A stretch of 64,000 nucleotides of DNA from Nanohaloarchaea archaeon B1-Br10_U2g21 (GCA_001563915.1 LKMP01000001.1:1-64000); one strand, 5' to 3'. Shown: positions 27,973 to 37,656, numbered from the stretch's first letter. Made by a program: numbers and translations. The notes: generated by a model not told the origin, from the sequence alone.

Positions 27973-28725
27973 TCACCCTATATATCCGAGGTCGGAGCTC
28001 TGCTCCTGCTCCCCTTGGTTCTGTTTCAAGTTCTGAAGCTTTTTAAGCACTTCCTGTGATTCTTCTACTTTATCATCTAAACTTGAATAATCTAAGTCTA
28101 CATCTAGATAATCTTCCATCACTTCAAGCACGGATTCTGTCGACTTAGGATCGCTTAACAAAAACCCTGGTGTTTCGCCGAGTAATGCAATACCTTTCAA
28201 ACCTCTTCTTCTACCCAATCCTAGTAAAAGACCTGAAATGCCTACTATTTGGCCTACTTCGTGCTCAAACTCTATCTCTAGATTTTCAAATTTTTCCTTT
28301 GTATCTAAATCTGTTACTGCACCGTATACAGAAGGATTTTCAACAACATCTCCTTTACCGTAACCACCAATAGTCAATATTTCTTCTACTTCGTTTTCCT
28401 CAGCAAAATCAAGTACTTTTTCAGCGATTTCATAGTGTCCTTGACTATTAGAGGCCTGTGCATTACCTTCAATCATTATTATATCGCGGCCTTTGACAGT
28501 AACATGGTAAATATCATTTTTCAATGATTCCAGTACTTTATCATCTTTTACAATTGTGTAGGGAGGAAAGTGATGTGAACGTAGTTCCCCAATTTTTTCA
28601 GCTTCCAGGTTTTCAGCTAGGAAGCTAACGCAGTTACGGCCTACATGACCTATGCCTGCAAGCCCTTCTATTAACAATGGGTTTTCAACTTTTACTTCCT
28701 TTTCTAAGTCAATTTTGGTAGTCAT
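27973..28725 (-). CDS. Proteasome assembly chaperone (PAC2) family protein
   Basis: LIEGLAGIGHVG, TIGGY, IVGISGLLLG, LLGETPG and DPKS; conserved position after nop10. Start moved to ATG 28725. Confidence 0.9.
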   Translation of the reverse strand: MTTKIDLEKEVKVENPLLIEGLAGIGHVGRNCVSFLAENLEAEKIGELRSHHFPPYTIVKDDKVLESLKNDIYHVTVKGRDIIMIEGNAQASNSQGHYEIAEKVLDFAEENEVEEILTIGGYGKGDVVENPSVYGAVTDLDTKEKFENLEIEFEHEVGQIVGISGLLLGLGRRRGLKGIALLGETPGFLLSDPKSTESVLEVMEDYLDVDLDYSSLDDKVEESQEVLKKLQNLKQNQGEQEQSSDLGYIG

Positions 28726-28729
28726 TTGG

Positions 28730-28876
28730 TTATTGCTCACCTTTTTTGGCCTTTCTACGGTATTTACCGTATTTGTCCGGAAATGAAAACTTTGGAGGTC
28801 TAGCCTCTTTAGTTTCGTCATCGCAATGCCGGTCTTTTAGAGTGTAAAGGCCACAGTTAACACATTTTTTTATCAT
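28730..28876 (-). CDS. nop10: Nop10 (H/ACA RNP protein)
   Basis: Hand translation MIKKCVNCGLYTLKDRHCDDETKEARPPKFSFPDKYGKYRRKAKKGEQ. Confidence 0.92.
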   Translation of the reverse strand: MIKKCVNCGLYTLKDRHCDDETKEARPPKFSFPDKYGKYRRKAKKGEQ

Positions 28877-28881
28877 CGTTT

Positions 28882-29628
28882 TTATGCCTTTGAAAATTCA
28901 AACGTTCCGCCTAATTCCTCAGCTTTATCTCTAATGTCCTGAACAGCTGAATCCATTCTCTTTTTTGCAAGGTTCTGAGTTCTACCCCAGGCTTCTATAC
29001 TATATTTGGGTGCTGATAGGTACTTTATCTCTACTCCTTCTCCTGTTTCGGAGAGAGTTTCTCTAAGTCTTTCAAGTCCATCGCCATTGTAAAATTCTAG
29101 TTTTATTTCGCCTTCAAATTTTTCCTGTTTTAAATCAATGTTTTCTCTTGCTACTTCTTGTATAGCTTCTACAATTTCATCATTAAACATTTCTTTGAGT
29201 CTGTTTTCCTCTGCTATAGATATTTCAAATCCTCTAAAAGAAGATCCTAACTCCTCTTGCATAGGGAATACTACTTCTTCATAGATGTTTGAAGTATTGA
29301 GTTTTTTATCTAGTGCGTCAACGAATTTTTCTGATTTTTTCTCTCGATTCCATTCGCTCATGGTGTCTTTCTTCTGTTTATCATTGACGCGTTTCAATGA
29401 TAGTCCTAATCGGTCGCCAGTTTCTATGACTTGTGCAACAGTCTTCTCGCCTTCTGAAAACTTTTTTGTCATGTCCTGTATCCAGCTACGTGAAGCCTCA
29501 GAGATGTGGATTAAACCTCTCATTCCATCATACTGTTCTAGTTCTGCATATGCAGAGTTCTCATTCACTTCTGCGAGATCTACTACTACTAGGTCTCCTT
29601 CGTCAGGGCTATCTTTGTACCACTTCAT
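28882..29628 (-). CDS. eif2a: Translation initiation factor aIF2 alpha subunit
   Basis: S1 domain PDEGDLVV...GLIHISEASRSW, LSLKRV and YLSAPKY. Start moved to ATG 29628. Confidence 0.93.
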   Translation of the reverse strand: MKWYKDSPDEGDLVVVDLAEVNENSAYAELEQYDGMRGLIHISEASRSWIQDMTKKFSEGEKTVAQVIETGDRLGLSLKRVNDKQKKDTMSEWNREKKSEKFVDALDKKLNTSNIYEEVVFPMQEELGSSFRGFEISIAEENRLKEMFNDEIVEAIQEVARENIDLKQEKFEGEIKLEFYNGDGLERLRETLSETGEGVEIKYLSAPKYSIEAWGRTQNLAKKRMDSAVQDIRDKAEELGGTFEFSKA

Positions 29629-29899
29629 GGAAAAAGGATTGAAGGTGATTTTTAAAAGACAGTCGCTATTTTCTTTCAAACCAAGAGAAATTCTATTCTC
29701 AGACTGTTCTATACTAGTTTTGAATGTGTTGGAGAAGGACATGTAAGTGCTAGGAGTTACGTAGAATTAATGATGTAGGATGTCTAGTAATAGAATTAGT
29801 AAAAAAGATAATATAGAGAAATAAGAGTCAAGGAATACTTCTAATTCTATAAATAAATGATTAGAAGTAAATGGAAAAAACTGTGACTTGCAAAAATGT

Positions 29900-30073
29900 T
29901 TATTCTACTTCAAGTTGTGTGACTACTTTTCCATTCAATTCTGCTTTGCCGCCTGTTGGCTTTGCGATTGGTTCGCTGCAAACCATGCACTCTACTTTTG
30001 ATGCAGGTCTAGAGTAAATTTTTTGCTGGTTTCCGCATTCGCCACATTCTACTTTTAGAAAGTTCTGTGCCAT
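29900..30073 (-). CDS. rps27e: 30S ribosomal protein S27e
   Basis: Hand translation MAQNFLKVECGECGNQQKIYSRPASKVECMVCSEPIAKPTGGKAELNGKVVTQLEVE. Confidence 0.94.
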   Translation of the reverse strand: MAQNFLKVECGECGNQQKIYSRPASKVECMVCSEPIAKPTGGKAELNGKVVTQLEVE

Positions 30074-30079
30074 TTTTTA

Positions 30080-30382
30080 TTACCTCTCAATCTCGAATTT
30101 TGCTGCTCTTAACTGTTTTCTTGGCTTCCAGCTCTTACCACATTCTTGGCATTTAAACTGTAAATCCTTTTTGCTGGATGTGGGATTACTTCCACCACGG
30201 CTCTGGTGTGCAGGATTCTCGTAAGGGAAGGATCCGTATCCGTTATCGATTTTTCTCTGCCTTTTCCTAGCCTTTTTACTCCATGGACTGGTCGAACGAT
30301 TGGTTGCTTCCTTTACCGTCTGATCAGTGTGTTGATCACACTTAGGACAGTAACGTCTCTGTTCTTTTGGAATCTTAACCAT
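30080..30382 (-). CDS. rpl44e: 50S ribosomal protein L44e
   Basis: KIPKEQRRYCPKCDQHT, GYGS and KKDLQFKCQECGK. Confidence 0.94.
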   Translation of the reverse strand: MVKIPKEQRRYCPKCDQHTDQTVKEATNRSTSPWSKKARKRQRKIDNGYGSFPYENPAHQSRGGSNPTSSKKDLQFKCQECGKSWKPRKQLRAAKFEIER

Positions 30383-30596
30383 GAGATAATCACACAGTCT
30401 AAACTTTAAAAAGGCTTCAAAGGTCCAATAAAAGAAGGTTGTAAATTAGCTCCTTATTTCATAAGAATAGCCTTATGGCATTGACAGTTTTGACTCTTTT
30501 TCTTCCTTCAGGCGGACGTTTTTAGGAGGTAAGTTAATACTTACAGCAAATTTAATTTTTCATAGTATTAATTGATATAGTCGGTAGAGTTAAAGA

Positions 30597-31238
30597 TCAG
30601 CTAAAAGAACGAATTTTAGATCCTTTACAGCTTTCAGGGCTCTTAAGATTTTCTAAATTTCCCTCAAAAACCTTGACAGAAATATTAGAACGTTCAATTA
30701 TTTCAATCGCAGTTCCATCAATTAACTCGTGTTTGCCGGCTTTATTGTTCCCTGAAACAATTTGTTTCAGTGTCTCAGTGTCGACTTCTTCCAGCAGTTT
30801 TGCATTAGGATCTTCAGGATCGCGATCGTATACTCCATCAATACTTGTTGCAATATAAAGATCGGCTTCAAGTATTTCGGCGGCTATAGCTGCCACAGCA
30901 TCAGTAGAGTGTCCTGGAGTTAGACCGCCCATAACAACATTTTTACCGTTTGAGGCTGCAACTCTTATTTCTTCAGCAGTTTCAGGTACATCTGGATATG
31001 CATCCATTGTAGTCATTAAGGTGCGAGCATTAAGGCGTGTCGCTGCTATACCAACTAAATCTTGTTCGCCTTGGTTTCCATATTCTCCTGAAGCATAAAT
31101 GTATTCTTTGAGGTCGCCTGCGCCAGTTACTACTAGAATTTGGTTATCGGAGTGTTCCAGAGCCTCTGCTATCTGATCGAGTTTTTTTAAGTTTCCGGTT
31201 ATTATTGATCCGCTGAGTGCAAAAACTTTTTCCACCAT
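30597..31238 (-). CDS. pyrH: UMP kinase
   Basis: LSGS, VTGAG, DLVGIAATRLNA, PGHSTDAVAA and DGVYDRDP. Start ATG 31238. Confidence 0.93.
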   Translation of the reverse strand: MVEKVFALSGSIITGNLKKLDQIAEALEHSDNQILVVTGAGDLKEYIYASGEYGNQGEQDLVGIAATRLNARTLMTTMDAYPDVPETAEEIRVAASNGKNVVMGGLTPGHSTDAVAAIAAEILEADLYIATSIDGVYDRDPEDPNAKLLEEVDTETLKQIVSGNNKAGKHELIDGTAIEIIERSNISVKVFEGNLENLKSPESCKGSKIRSFS

Positions 31239-31277
31239 TTTGAGAATCCTCTTAACTTGGAACTGGGTCGACACTGA

Positions 31278-31913
31278 TTAAACTTCTTCGGCATTGCCTC
31301 GATTGACTAATATCTCTGCATTATCTTCAGGCAAGATTGGATTATCGCCTTCTTCGAATGGGCCATAGGCCTCTAGGTCTGTTCCCATGAACTCCGGAAC
31401 ATGAGATATGATTTCTACCTTAGCGTAACCTTCTTCTAAATCTTCTTCAGGTTCTTCCTCTTTTTCTTCTACGGTTTCTTCATATTCTGATTCTTTGTCA
31501 TAATTCTTTGATTCCTGTTCTATATTGGCCTCTTCGTCAATCTCCGTTTCTGGTTGGGGGGCAGTATAGCCGGTACTATTCTCATTTATTCTATCTCTAT
31601 GCTCTTCAAAGAGTTTCTTGGTCTCTCGGAACAGTTCTTGTTCTCTAGGGAGTAATGGTAGTTCAGAGGCCTTAATATTTGATCTTAATGAGAGTTGAGC
31701 ATTCTTAACTATTTTTTTCTCTCTCTGAGCTATTATTTTTTTGAATACTCTTTTTGATGACCTGTATTCTCTATTATCGGCGTTTTCTTTTTTCCGTTCA
31801 AGGTATTCTTGAGCCTTTAGAATGAAGTCGTCTTCCAGCTCTGTTAGTTCGACTGCTTTGCTCTCATTTTTCTGAATTCTTCTCAAATCGTTGAATGTTA
31901 GAGCTGTTGACAT
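31278..31913 (-). CDS. GINS complex protein (Gins15/Gins51 type)
   Basis: Helical A-domain (REKKIV, LLPREQELF) and C-terminal B-domain VPEFMGTDLEAYGPFEEGD...NAEILVNRG. Confidence 0.88.
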   Translation of the reverse strand: MSTALTFNDLRRIQKNESKAVELTELEDDFILKAQEYLERKKENADNREYRSSKRVFKKIIAQREKKIVKNAQLSLRSNIKASELPLLPREQELFRETKKLFEEHRDRINENSTGYTAPQPETEIDEEANIEQESKNYDKESEYEETVEEKEEEPEEDLEEGYAKVEIISHVPEFMGTDLEAYGPFEEGDNPILPEDNAEILVNRGNAEEV

Positions 31914-32000
31914 CTGTATAACAAGTCAGTGATGAAATCTTTTTTTACTTCACCCAATCCTGTTTTCTGACAGGGCCGAAGTAATTCGAAACCTATTTAG

Positions 32001-32267
32001 CTAAAGAATTGTTTCGATTACTCCAGTTAGGTACCAAGATATTCCAATTATGATGATGGCTATTATGAGGTATACTGTCGATCCGATGGCTACAGGTTTC
32101 CAGTCATTATTCTTTTTTCTTCTTTGGTCTAAAGGATTCAAAGCCCATATGACTCCTAGGAAAAATACTGCTGTCGATAATGTAGAAAAATTAAGATACC
32201 CTAAACTTAGAGAAGCCGGTAGAAATAATGCTGTTCTGATAAAATACTTTCTCCAGTAAGCTTCCAT
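32001..32267 (-). CDS. Small membrane protein
   Basis: 88 aa with 2-3 hydrophobic helices. Confidence 0.65.
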   Translation of the reverse strand: MEAYWRKYFIRTALFLPASLSLGYLNFSTLSTAVFFLGVIWALNPLDQRRKKNNDWKPVAIGSTVYLIIAIIIIGISWYLTGVIETIL

Positions 32268-32530
32268 AATATCTAACTTTTTTACACTATTAAATAATTT
32301 TTTTGAGCTAAATAAGCATTTAGCCGCATATAGGCGTTGTAATTGAGATTAAAAGCAACTTCAATACGATGTTTAATTTTCTCAAATACGTGCTACTGTA
32401 TCAAAAAATAACTTCTAGGTTTTCGAATAAGTAATAATAGAGCATCTAGAAACGAAAAACTATCAATCATTAAATGATGGAGATTGTTATCATGAATTTA
32501 GAGCGTATTAGAAATATAAAACGCGAATAT

Positions 32531-33862
32531 TTATTCAAAACATTGCTGTACATGCTTCTTATAATATGACTCAATCTTGTACTCTTTGCCACAGATTTCG
32601 CATACAAAATTGTCATTTTCTTCGTTATTAGGTTCGCGTTTCTTAGCTTTTCTGAAGGCATAACTAACAGGATTACTAACTTTATTCTCCAAATTATCTC
32701 CTTCATATACCTGCATATCCTTGTAGTATCCATTTGCATCATAATTAGGCGGAGGAACATTTTCGCTTCTATTCTGGTGCCAGCGCAGCTGTCCTTTTAC
32801 GTAACTCTCACTCAGCTCTTCATTATTTCTTTCATTCCATTCCCAGATTTTTGATTCGATTTCAGCCCACCCATAACCAACGCAGCGGTAAAAATTGATT
32901 AAGATAAAAAGACCTCTCTTTCTTCCGTCTTCTAATCCATTTAAAATATTCTTGATGGTTGGAGGGAAATATTGTTCCGGTATAGCGTCCTCAGGCCTTT
33001 CAAATTCTCTATTAACACGTTTCTCTCTTTTTTCTTCTTCTCGGTCCTGTATAAAGTCTAGAGCTTGAACCGCCAAGTTTGTAGCTTCATCATCTTCATA
33101 GCTGTCGAGAAAACCTGTTTCAAAATTAATTTTTTCTATTTCTGCGTCACGCTTTTCAAAACTGGAAATATCCTCGGGTTCTATTGGCAGAGACACTAGG
33201 CCTGATCCGTCGTGAAGACTATAAGGCATTCTAAAGAGATGACGTTGACCCCAGTCATTCTCAATATCTGCTACCTGATAAGGATTGAGTCCATCCTCAG
33301 TTTTCATTTCTTCATGGAGGCCTTCTTTTTTCACCTCTGCAATCATTTTCTCTCTCAACTGCTTTCTAAGGTAATTTACAATTCCTTGAGCTAGTCTTGG
33401 ATAGAGTTCTGAGAACTCTTTTTCGCCTATACGTTCAGGAAAACTTTCTCCTCTTATTCCTATGTGGAATCCTCTGTTACCTGAGAACTTTACTGATAGA
33501 TTTTCTATGCCGTGGTGCTGTAGTTCGCGGACGACTAACTCACATGTTTTTTTAGAGAGTTCAAAACTCTCATCACAGTCAATATCTATTACCATGTCCC
33601 AAGTTTCTCTTAATCGATCAAGACTTGATACTTGATCGATTAATAAGGGGTTTCTCCATTTCTCTACTGAAAAATGGAATGCTACTGCGCCGTTTTCTAC
33701 GAATTGCTGAAAGTCACCAGGAAAGTTTACTGCGTCAGGTCTCTTTCCATAACCTTTAGGGTATGTAGGTACTACTTCTCTGTACTCTGCAAGCTCCATC
33801 ACTTTCTCAATAAGCTCATCTTGTTCATAGTACTGTCTTACCTGCCAATTTTTCAGTTCCAC
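32531..33862 (-). CDS. Fused DNA primase PriS-PriL (DPANN type) with C-terminal zinc finger
   Basis: PriS motifs MVIDID, KFSGNRGFH and RMPYSLH; PriL-CTD-like FPPTIKNILNGLEDGRK...NPVSY; terminal CEICGKEYKIESYYKKHVQQC. Confidence 0.9.
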   Translation of the reverse strand: MELKNWQVRQYYEQDELIEKVMELAEYREVVPTYPKGYGKRPDAVNFPGDFQQFVENGAVAFHFSVEKWRNPLLIDQVSSLDRLRETWDMVIDIDCDESFELSKKTCELVVRELQHHGIENLSVKFSGNRGFHIGIRGESFPERIGEKEFSELYPRLAQGIVNYLRKQLREKMIAEVKKEGLHEEMKTEDGLNPYQVADIENDWGQRHLFRMPYSLHDGSGLVSLPIEPEDISSFEKRDAEIEKINFETGFLDSYEDDEATNLAVQALDFIQDREEEKREKRVNREFERPEDAIPEQYFPPTIKNILNGLEDGRKRGLFILINFYRCVGYGWAEIESKIWEWNERNNEELSESYVKGQLRWHQNRSENVPPPNYDANGYYKDMQVYEGDNLENKVSNPVSYAFRKAKKREPNNEENDNFVCEICGKEYKIESYYKKHVQQCFE

Positions 33863-33943
33863 GTATTAGTTACTATAGGTAACTCCTAAATTTACTCTGG
33901 TTATCTACGAATGTTTTTCAACTTCGTTACATAAGTTGAAAGT

Positions 33944-35041
33944 ATGTGTCAAGGTCTGAAAGCGCAGTCTGCGATTGAGTATTTGATGACTTATGGTTGG
34001 ATGTTGCTTGTGGTGGCTATAGCTGGAGGGGCTATATTCTCAATGGTAGGAAGTCAGAGTATTGAGAATGTTCAGGGCTTTGAATCACAGCATGTGAATG
34101 TTCAAGATTTTGGATTATCTGAGACACAAGGCCTCCAGTTTACAGTTCGAGATCCTGTTGGAAGAACAGAAGTTAAAGAAGTAAGAGTAAGAGATGAGGA
34201 TTCAAATTATATTGATTATGATTTATCGCAGGACTTATCCCAGAATGAATTATTAAGTTTACCTGGAATTGAGGAGTCTGGTGACATGGAAACGTTAGAG
34301 CTTGAGATTGTTTATAATTCTGGAAATTTACGGAACTTAACCTCTTCAGGTAGTGTACAGGGGCATATGAGTGTGGGCGAAGATTTTTCTGGTCGGCAGG
34401 TAAATATGGATGGACTAGTTGGTTATTGGGTTTTAACAGATGATTACTCAAGAAATGAAAGGTTAGACGATCTTTCAGCAGCACAAAATCACGGTTTTTT
34501 TGAGGGCGAGTATGATATAGGAGACGATTATTCTGATATAAGTGAAGGCGGAGCTACGATAGAATCGCCTACGTTTAATGTTAGTGAAGGCGGAGAGTTC
34601 ACGTTCCTTTTATCATTTAGATGGGATGGTCCTCAGGATGATGATACAAGCACTTCAGGAGGTATGGGTAGAGGCAACAACCCTGCTTATGCAATTGATA
34701 TTAGGCCTAGAGATGAAAACCTGAGAGCAGGAATCAGAACTACTGAAAACAATTTGTATATCACTAGAGATATGGAGATAGGGGAATGGTATCATAGTGT
34801 TTTTGTTTATGATGGTGAAGAAACAGGTAAACTGTACATAAATGGTAGTTTAGAAGATTCGAATACGCGGAGCGATATGGGAGAGTTTGTAACAACTGGA
34901 GATTTTCAGATTGGAGGATCGAGAGGTTTAAGTGGAAGTACTAGACATACTAATAGAAGCATGGCTCAAGCAAAAGTTTTTAATCGTGCTTTAACTGACT
35001 CAGAAGTGCAAGAACTGTATGAAACCTCTAATTTTTATTAG
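33944..35041 (+). CDS. Class III signal peptide (pilin-like) protein with C-terminal LamG/concanavalin-like domain
   Basis: KA|QSAIEYLMTYGWMLLVV N-terminus; GLVGYW, GEWYHSVFVYDG..KLYING and KVFNRALTDSEVQELY. Confidence 0.88.
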   Translation: MCQGLKAQSAIEYLMTYGWMLLVVAIAGGAIFSMVGSQSIENVQGFESQHVNVQDFGLSETQGLQFTVRDPVGRTEVKEVRVRDEDSNYIDYDLSQDLSQNELLSLPGIEESGDMETLELEIVYNSGNLRNLTSSGSVQGHMSVGEDFSGRQVNMDGLVGYWVLTDDYSRNERLDDLSAAQNHGFFEGEYDIGDDYSDISEGGATIESPTFNVSEGGEFTFLLSFRWDGPQDDDTSTSGGMGRGNNPAYAIDIRPRDENLRAGIRTTENNLYITRDMEIGEWYHSVFVYDGEETGKLYINGSLEDSNTRSDMGEFVTTGDFQIGGSRGLSGSTRHTNRSMAQAKVFNRALTDSEVQELYETSNFY

Positions 35042-35085
35042 ACTTTGCTGGATATACAAGGTCAGTGTTTAGAAAAGTTAATATT

Positions 35086-35559
35086 TTATTTTTGAAAACT
35101 ATCTTCATAACTTGTTTCTAGGTTCCGTACATTCATCCTAAAAGGCAAATCATCATCCTTTCTATTTTCTAACTCTTTTTCGATATGTTTCTCGTCGTCT
35201 TTGAGCTCCTTTCTTATTAGAAGCCAGTCTTTTTCGGGTTCACAGTCCCAGACATAGGACCCGTCTTTAACAGATCCTGTTGCTCTGTAAATTGTTCTCA
35301 TCAGGCCCAAAAACTCTGCTATGTCTTCTTTTGGCATATCAGAGGATTCGCTGATTTTTTCGGTTGTGACTTCTTCATATGGTGTGGCTAAGAAATAGCC
35401 TATTACTGTATCTCTCAGTTCAGAATCAATGAGAAGTTCTAGTTCGTTTTTACTCCTGTGATCATAATTGTTCCAGGCTACGTCTTCTTCGTTAAAAGAG
35501 AAAAAATTCTTAGACTGGAATTTTGCTTCCGGGGGTTTTGGTCTTCTCCAGTTACTCAT
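35086..35559 (-). CDS. Hypothetical protein coupled to PCNA
   Basis: ATGA overlap with the pcn stop; possible helix-turn-helix VTTEKISESSDMPKEDIAEFL. Confidence 0.65.
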   Translation of the reverse strand: MSNWRRPKPPEAKFQSKNFFSFNEEDVAWNNYDHRSKNELELLIDSELRDTVIGYFLATPYEEVTTEKISESSDMPKEDIAEFLGLMRTIYRATGSVKDGSYVWDCEPEKDWLLIRKELKDDEKHIEKELENRKDDDLPFRMNVRNLETSYEDSFQK

Positions 35560-36302
35560 TCTTCTTCGATTCTAGGTGCGAGTACAAAGCTTAGATTGAC
35601 TTCATCAGGTACTGAGAATTCCATTCGCATAGGAAAGTCGTTTCCAAGCTTCATAGTCACATTGTTAGATAAATTTTTCCCGCCTATCATCTTGGAAAGA
35701 TAGTCTAATGAGAACATTGACTTTACTGAATCTCCAGACATGGATATTACGCCACTACTTTCCTCTGTGATAGTAAAGTCGGCGTTACTTTGATCTCCTT
35801 CAGCTGAAATATTCATTTGATTTTCATCAGCAGAAATTGTGACTGCGTCGCTTACAACCATGGCGTCTTTTACAGCGCCTTCAACTGTTGAAGCATCTAA
35901 TTCGGCTTCAAAATCAAACGATAGCTGATCGGTTTCAGGTATATCGTCTTCAGAAAGGTTCAGAATAGGTAGTGAAAAATTTCGTGTAGAGGAGTTCTCC
36001 ATTGTAATCTCAAAACGAGAATCGCCGAGTTCAAAGGTGATAGTGTCATCGGCGTTTGCTCTTCGTAGGATTGAGTAAAGATTTTCAATGTTTAGACCTA
36101 CTTTCGTTTCTTCGTCTAGATCATATTCTTCGAATACTTCTTCTTCTATTTTGAAGTCAACTAAGCCTACCATTGCTGGATCTGCGGCTATTAGTTTCAT
36201 GCTGTCTTCCTCTAGCTGGAAGATTCCCTCGCTAATAAGAGATGATATGGTTTTCATCGAATCTTTGAGGAGGCCTACTTCCGTTATTTCTGCTTTAAAC
36301 AA
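35556..36302 (-). CDS. pcn: PCNA sliding clamp
   Basis: AADPAMVGLVD, SMFSLDYL, LGNDFPM and FVLAPRIEE; TTG start with AGGTGA SD. Confidence 0.97.
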   Translation of the reverse strand: MFKAEITEVGLLKDSMKTISSLISEGIFQLEEDSMKLIAADPAMVGLVDFKIEEEVFEEYDLDEETKVGLNIENLYSILRRANADDTITFELGDSRFEITMENSSTRNFSLPILNLSEDDIPETDQLSFDFEAELDASTVEGAVKDAMVVSDAVTISADENQMNISAEGDQSNADFTITEESSGVISMSGDSVKSMFSLDYLSKMIGGKNLSNNVTMKLGNDFPMRMEFSVPDEVNLSFVLAPRIEEE

Positions 36303-36317
36303 AATATTTCACCTATG

Positions 36318-36650
36318 TTACTGTGAAGTGTTAACAACTTTTTTAACTCTGTCGCGGAGATTTGCATCCACTTTGTCGAAGTCTTGTAAGACTTCTCCTT
36401 GTAATTCAAAGCTGTCTGGAGTAGGAAGAACTCTGCCAAATACTCTTACTCTCTGTCCTTCTTCTATATCCTCCATATTATCTTCCTCTAAAAATACATC
36501 TACACTGCCAGTACCGTCATCTACGGCAATTGAGTCTTCGTCTACTGAAAGTACTGTGCCTAGTACTCTTACCCTTATGTCTGTTTGAGGTTCTATATCT
36601 TCGATTTTCTTAGGCTTTGCAGGCGCCCTTCTCATCTGTTGTTCAGCCAT
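36318..36650 (-). CDS. Single OB-fold protein, RPA small-subunit-like
   Basis: RVRVLGTV...VDDGTGSVDV...GQRVRVFGRV; immediately upstream of pcn. Confidence 0.8.
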   Translation of the reverse strand: MAEQQMRRAPAKPKKIEDIEPQTDIRVRVLGTVLSVDEDSIAVDDGTGSVDVFLEEDNMEDIEEGQRVRVFGRVLPTPDSFELQGEVLQDFDKVDANLRDRVKKVVNTSQ

Positions 36651-36727
36651 ATTAAATTCTTAGAACTGAAATGTTTTAACTTCAGAGGTCAGGGAAAGTT
36701 CAAAAACCATCTTTACTAACTAGAACT

Positions 36728-37318
36728 ATGGGTCTATTCAGTAAAGATACGAGCGTAGAGGAAGAAAATGAGTCTGCTGAGTTAAGAGAAAGAGTTGAGG
36801 CCTTAGAATCTCATTTTAATGCATTAGATAGCGCAGTTCAACATCACGATATAGAGATACAAGAAATCGTTGACACAATAACTGCTGATGAACGCAATCT
36901 AAAGAAAGCAGTAGAAAAGAACAAGCGAAAACTTGATACATTACGAGATATATCTAGCAGATTTGCTGAAATGCAATCTGAAAATACTAGAAAGACGGAT
37001 ATACTGGATTCAGAAGTCGCAGATATAAAGCGAAACATGAAGAGAAAGATCATTAAAAAAGCGGGCGATATAAAAGAAACTCGCGAAAAACAAGAAGAAA
37101 TCATTGCCGACCTTGAGGGCTTAAAAGAAAAAGTAGATGATCTTGAGACCGAATTGATACTGGATATAAATAGTCAAGCTTGGGACGTAGATTCTAAACT
37201 TGATGAATCTCGGTTTGAAAATAGGAAAAAACGAGTTGATAAAGAACTCTCAAAACTTAGAGCTTCAATCAACGACATATCCGATAAGTTCGAAGGTAAT
37301 GATATCAGAACAGAATAG
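36728..37318 (+). CDS. Hypothetical coiled-coil protein
   Basis: Heptad-rich 196-aa ORF starting MGLFSK. Confidence 0.7.
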   Translation: MGLFSKDTSVEEENESAELRERVEALESHFNALDSAVQHHDIEIQEIVDTITADERNLKKAVEKNKRKLDTLRDISSRFAEMQSENTRKTDILDSEVADIKRNMKRKIIKKAGDIKETREKQEEIIADLEGLKEKVDDLETELILDINSQAWDVDSKLDESRFENRKKRVDKELSKLRASINDISDKFEGNDIRTE

Positions 37319-37320
37319 AG

Positions 37321-37656
37321 CTAGTCATATTCTTTGTAGACATTACCACACTGTCTACATCTGTAAAATCTTGTAGGAGGTTCATCTGAAGCCCGGGTCT
37401 GTTCCATCCACCATTCCTGCTCAGTTTCTTCGCCACAAGACTTACATTCTTTCTGAGTTGTAGGCCTAGTTGCTTCTTCCTCTCCGTCTTCATTAACATT
37501 GAGGCGGTCCATAGGATCTTCTTCTTTCTCCTCAGTCACCTTAAATTCTTCGCTATCAACATCTTGGTATTCTCCACAGCTACGACACTTCATAGCGGTC
37601 TCGCCATTTTTCTTTTCTGAAACTAGCATTCCTCCGCATTCATCGCAAAACTCCAT
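37321..37656 (-). CDS. tfs: Transcription factor S
   Basis: MEFCDECGGML and QTRASDEPPTRFYRCRQCG. Confidence 0.96.
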   Translation of the reverse strand: MEFCDECGGMLVSEKKNGETAMKCRSCGEYQDVDSEEFKVTEEKEEDPMDRLNVNEDGEEEATRPTTQKECKSCGEETEQEWWMEQTRASDEPPTRFYRCRQCGNVYKEYD

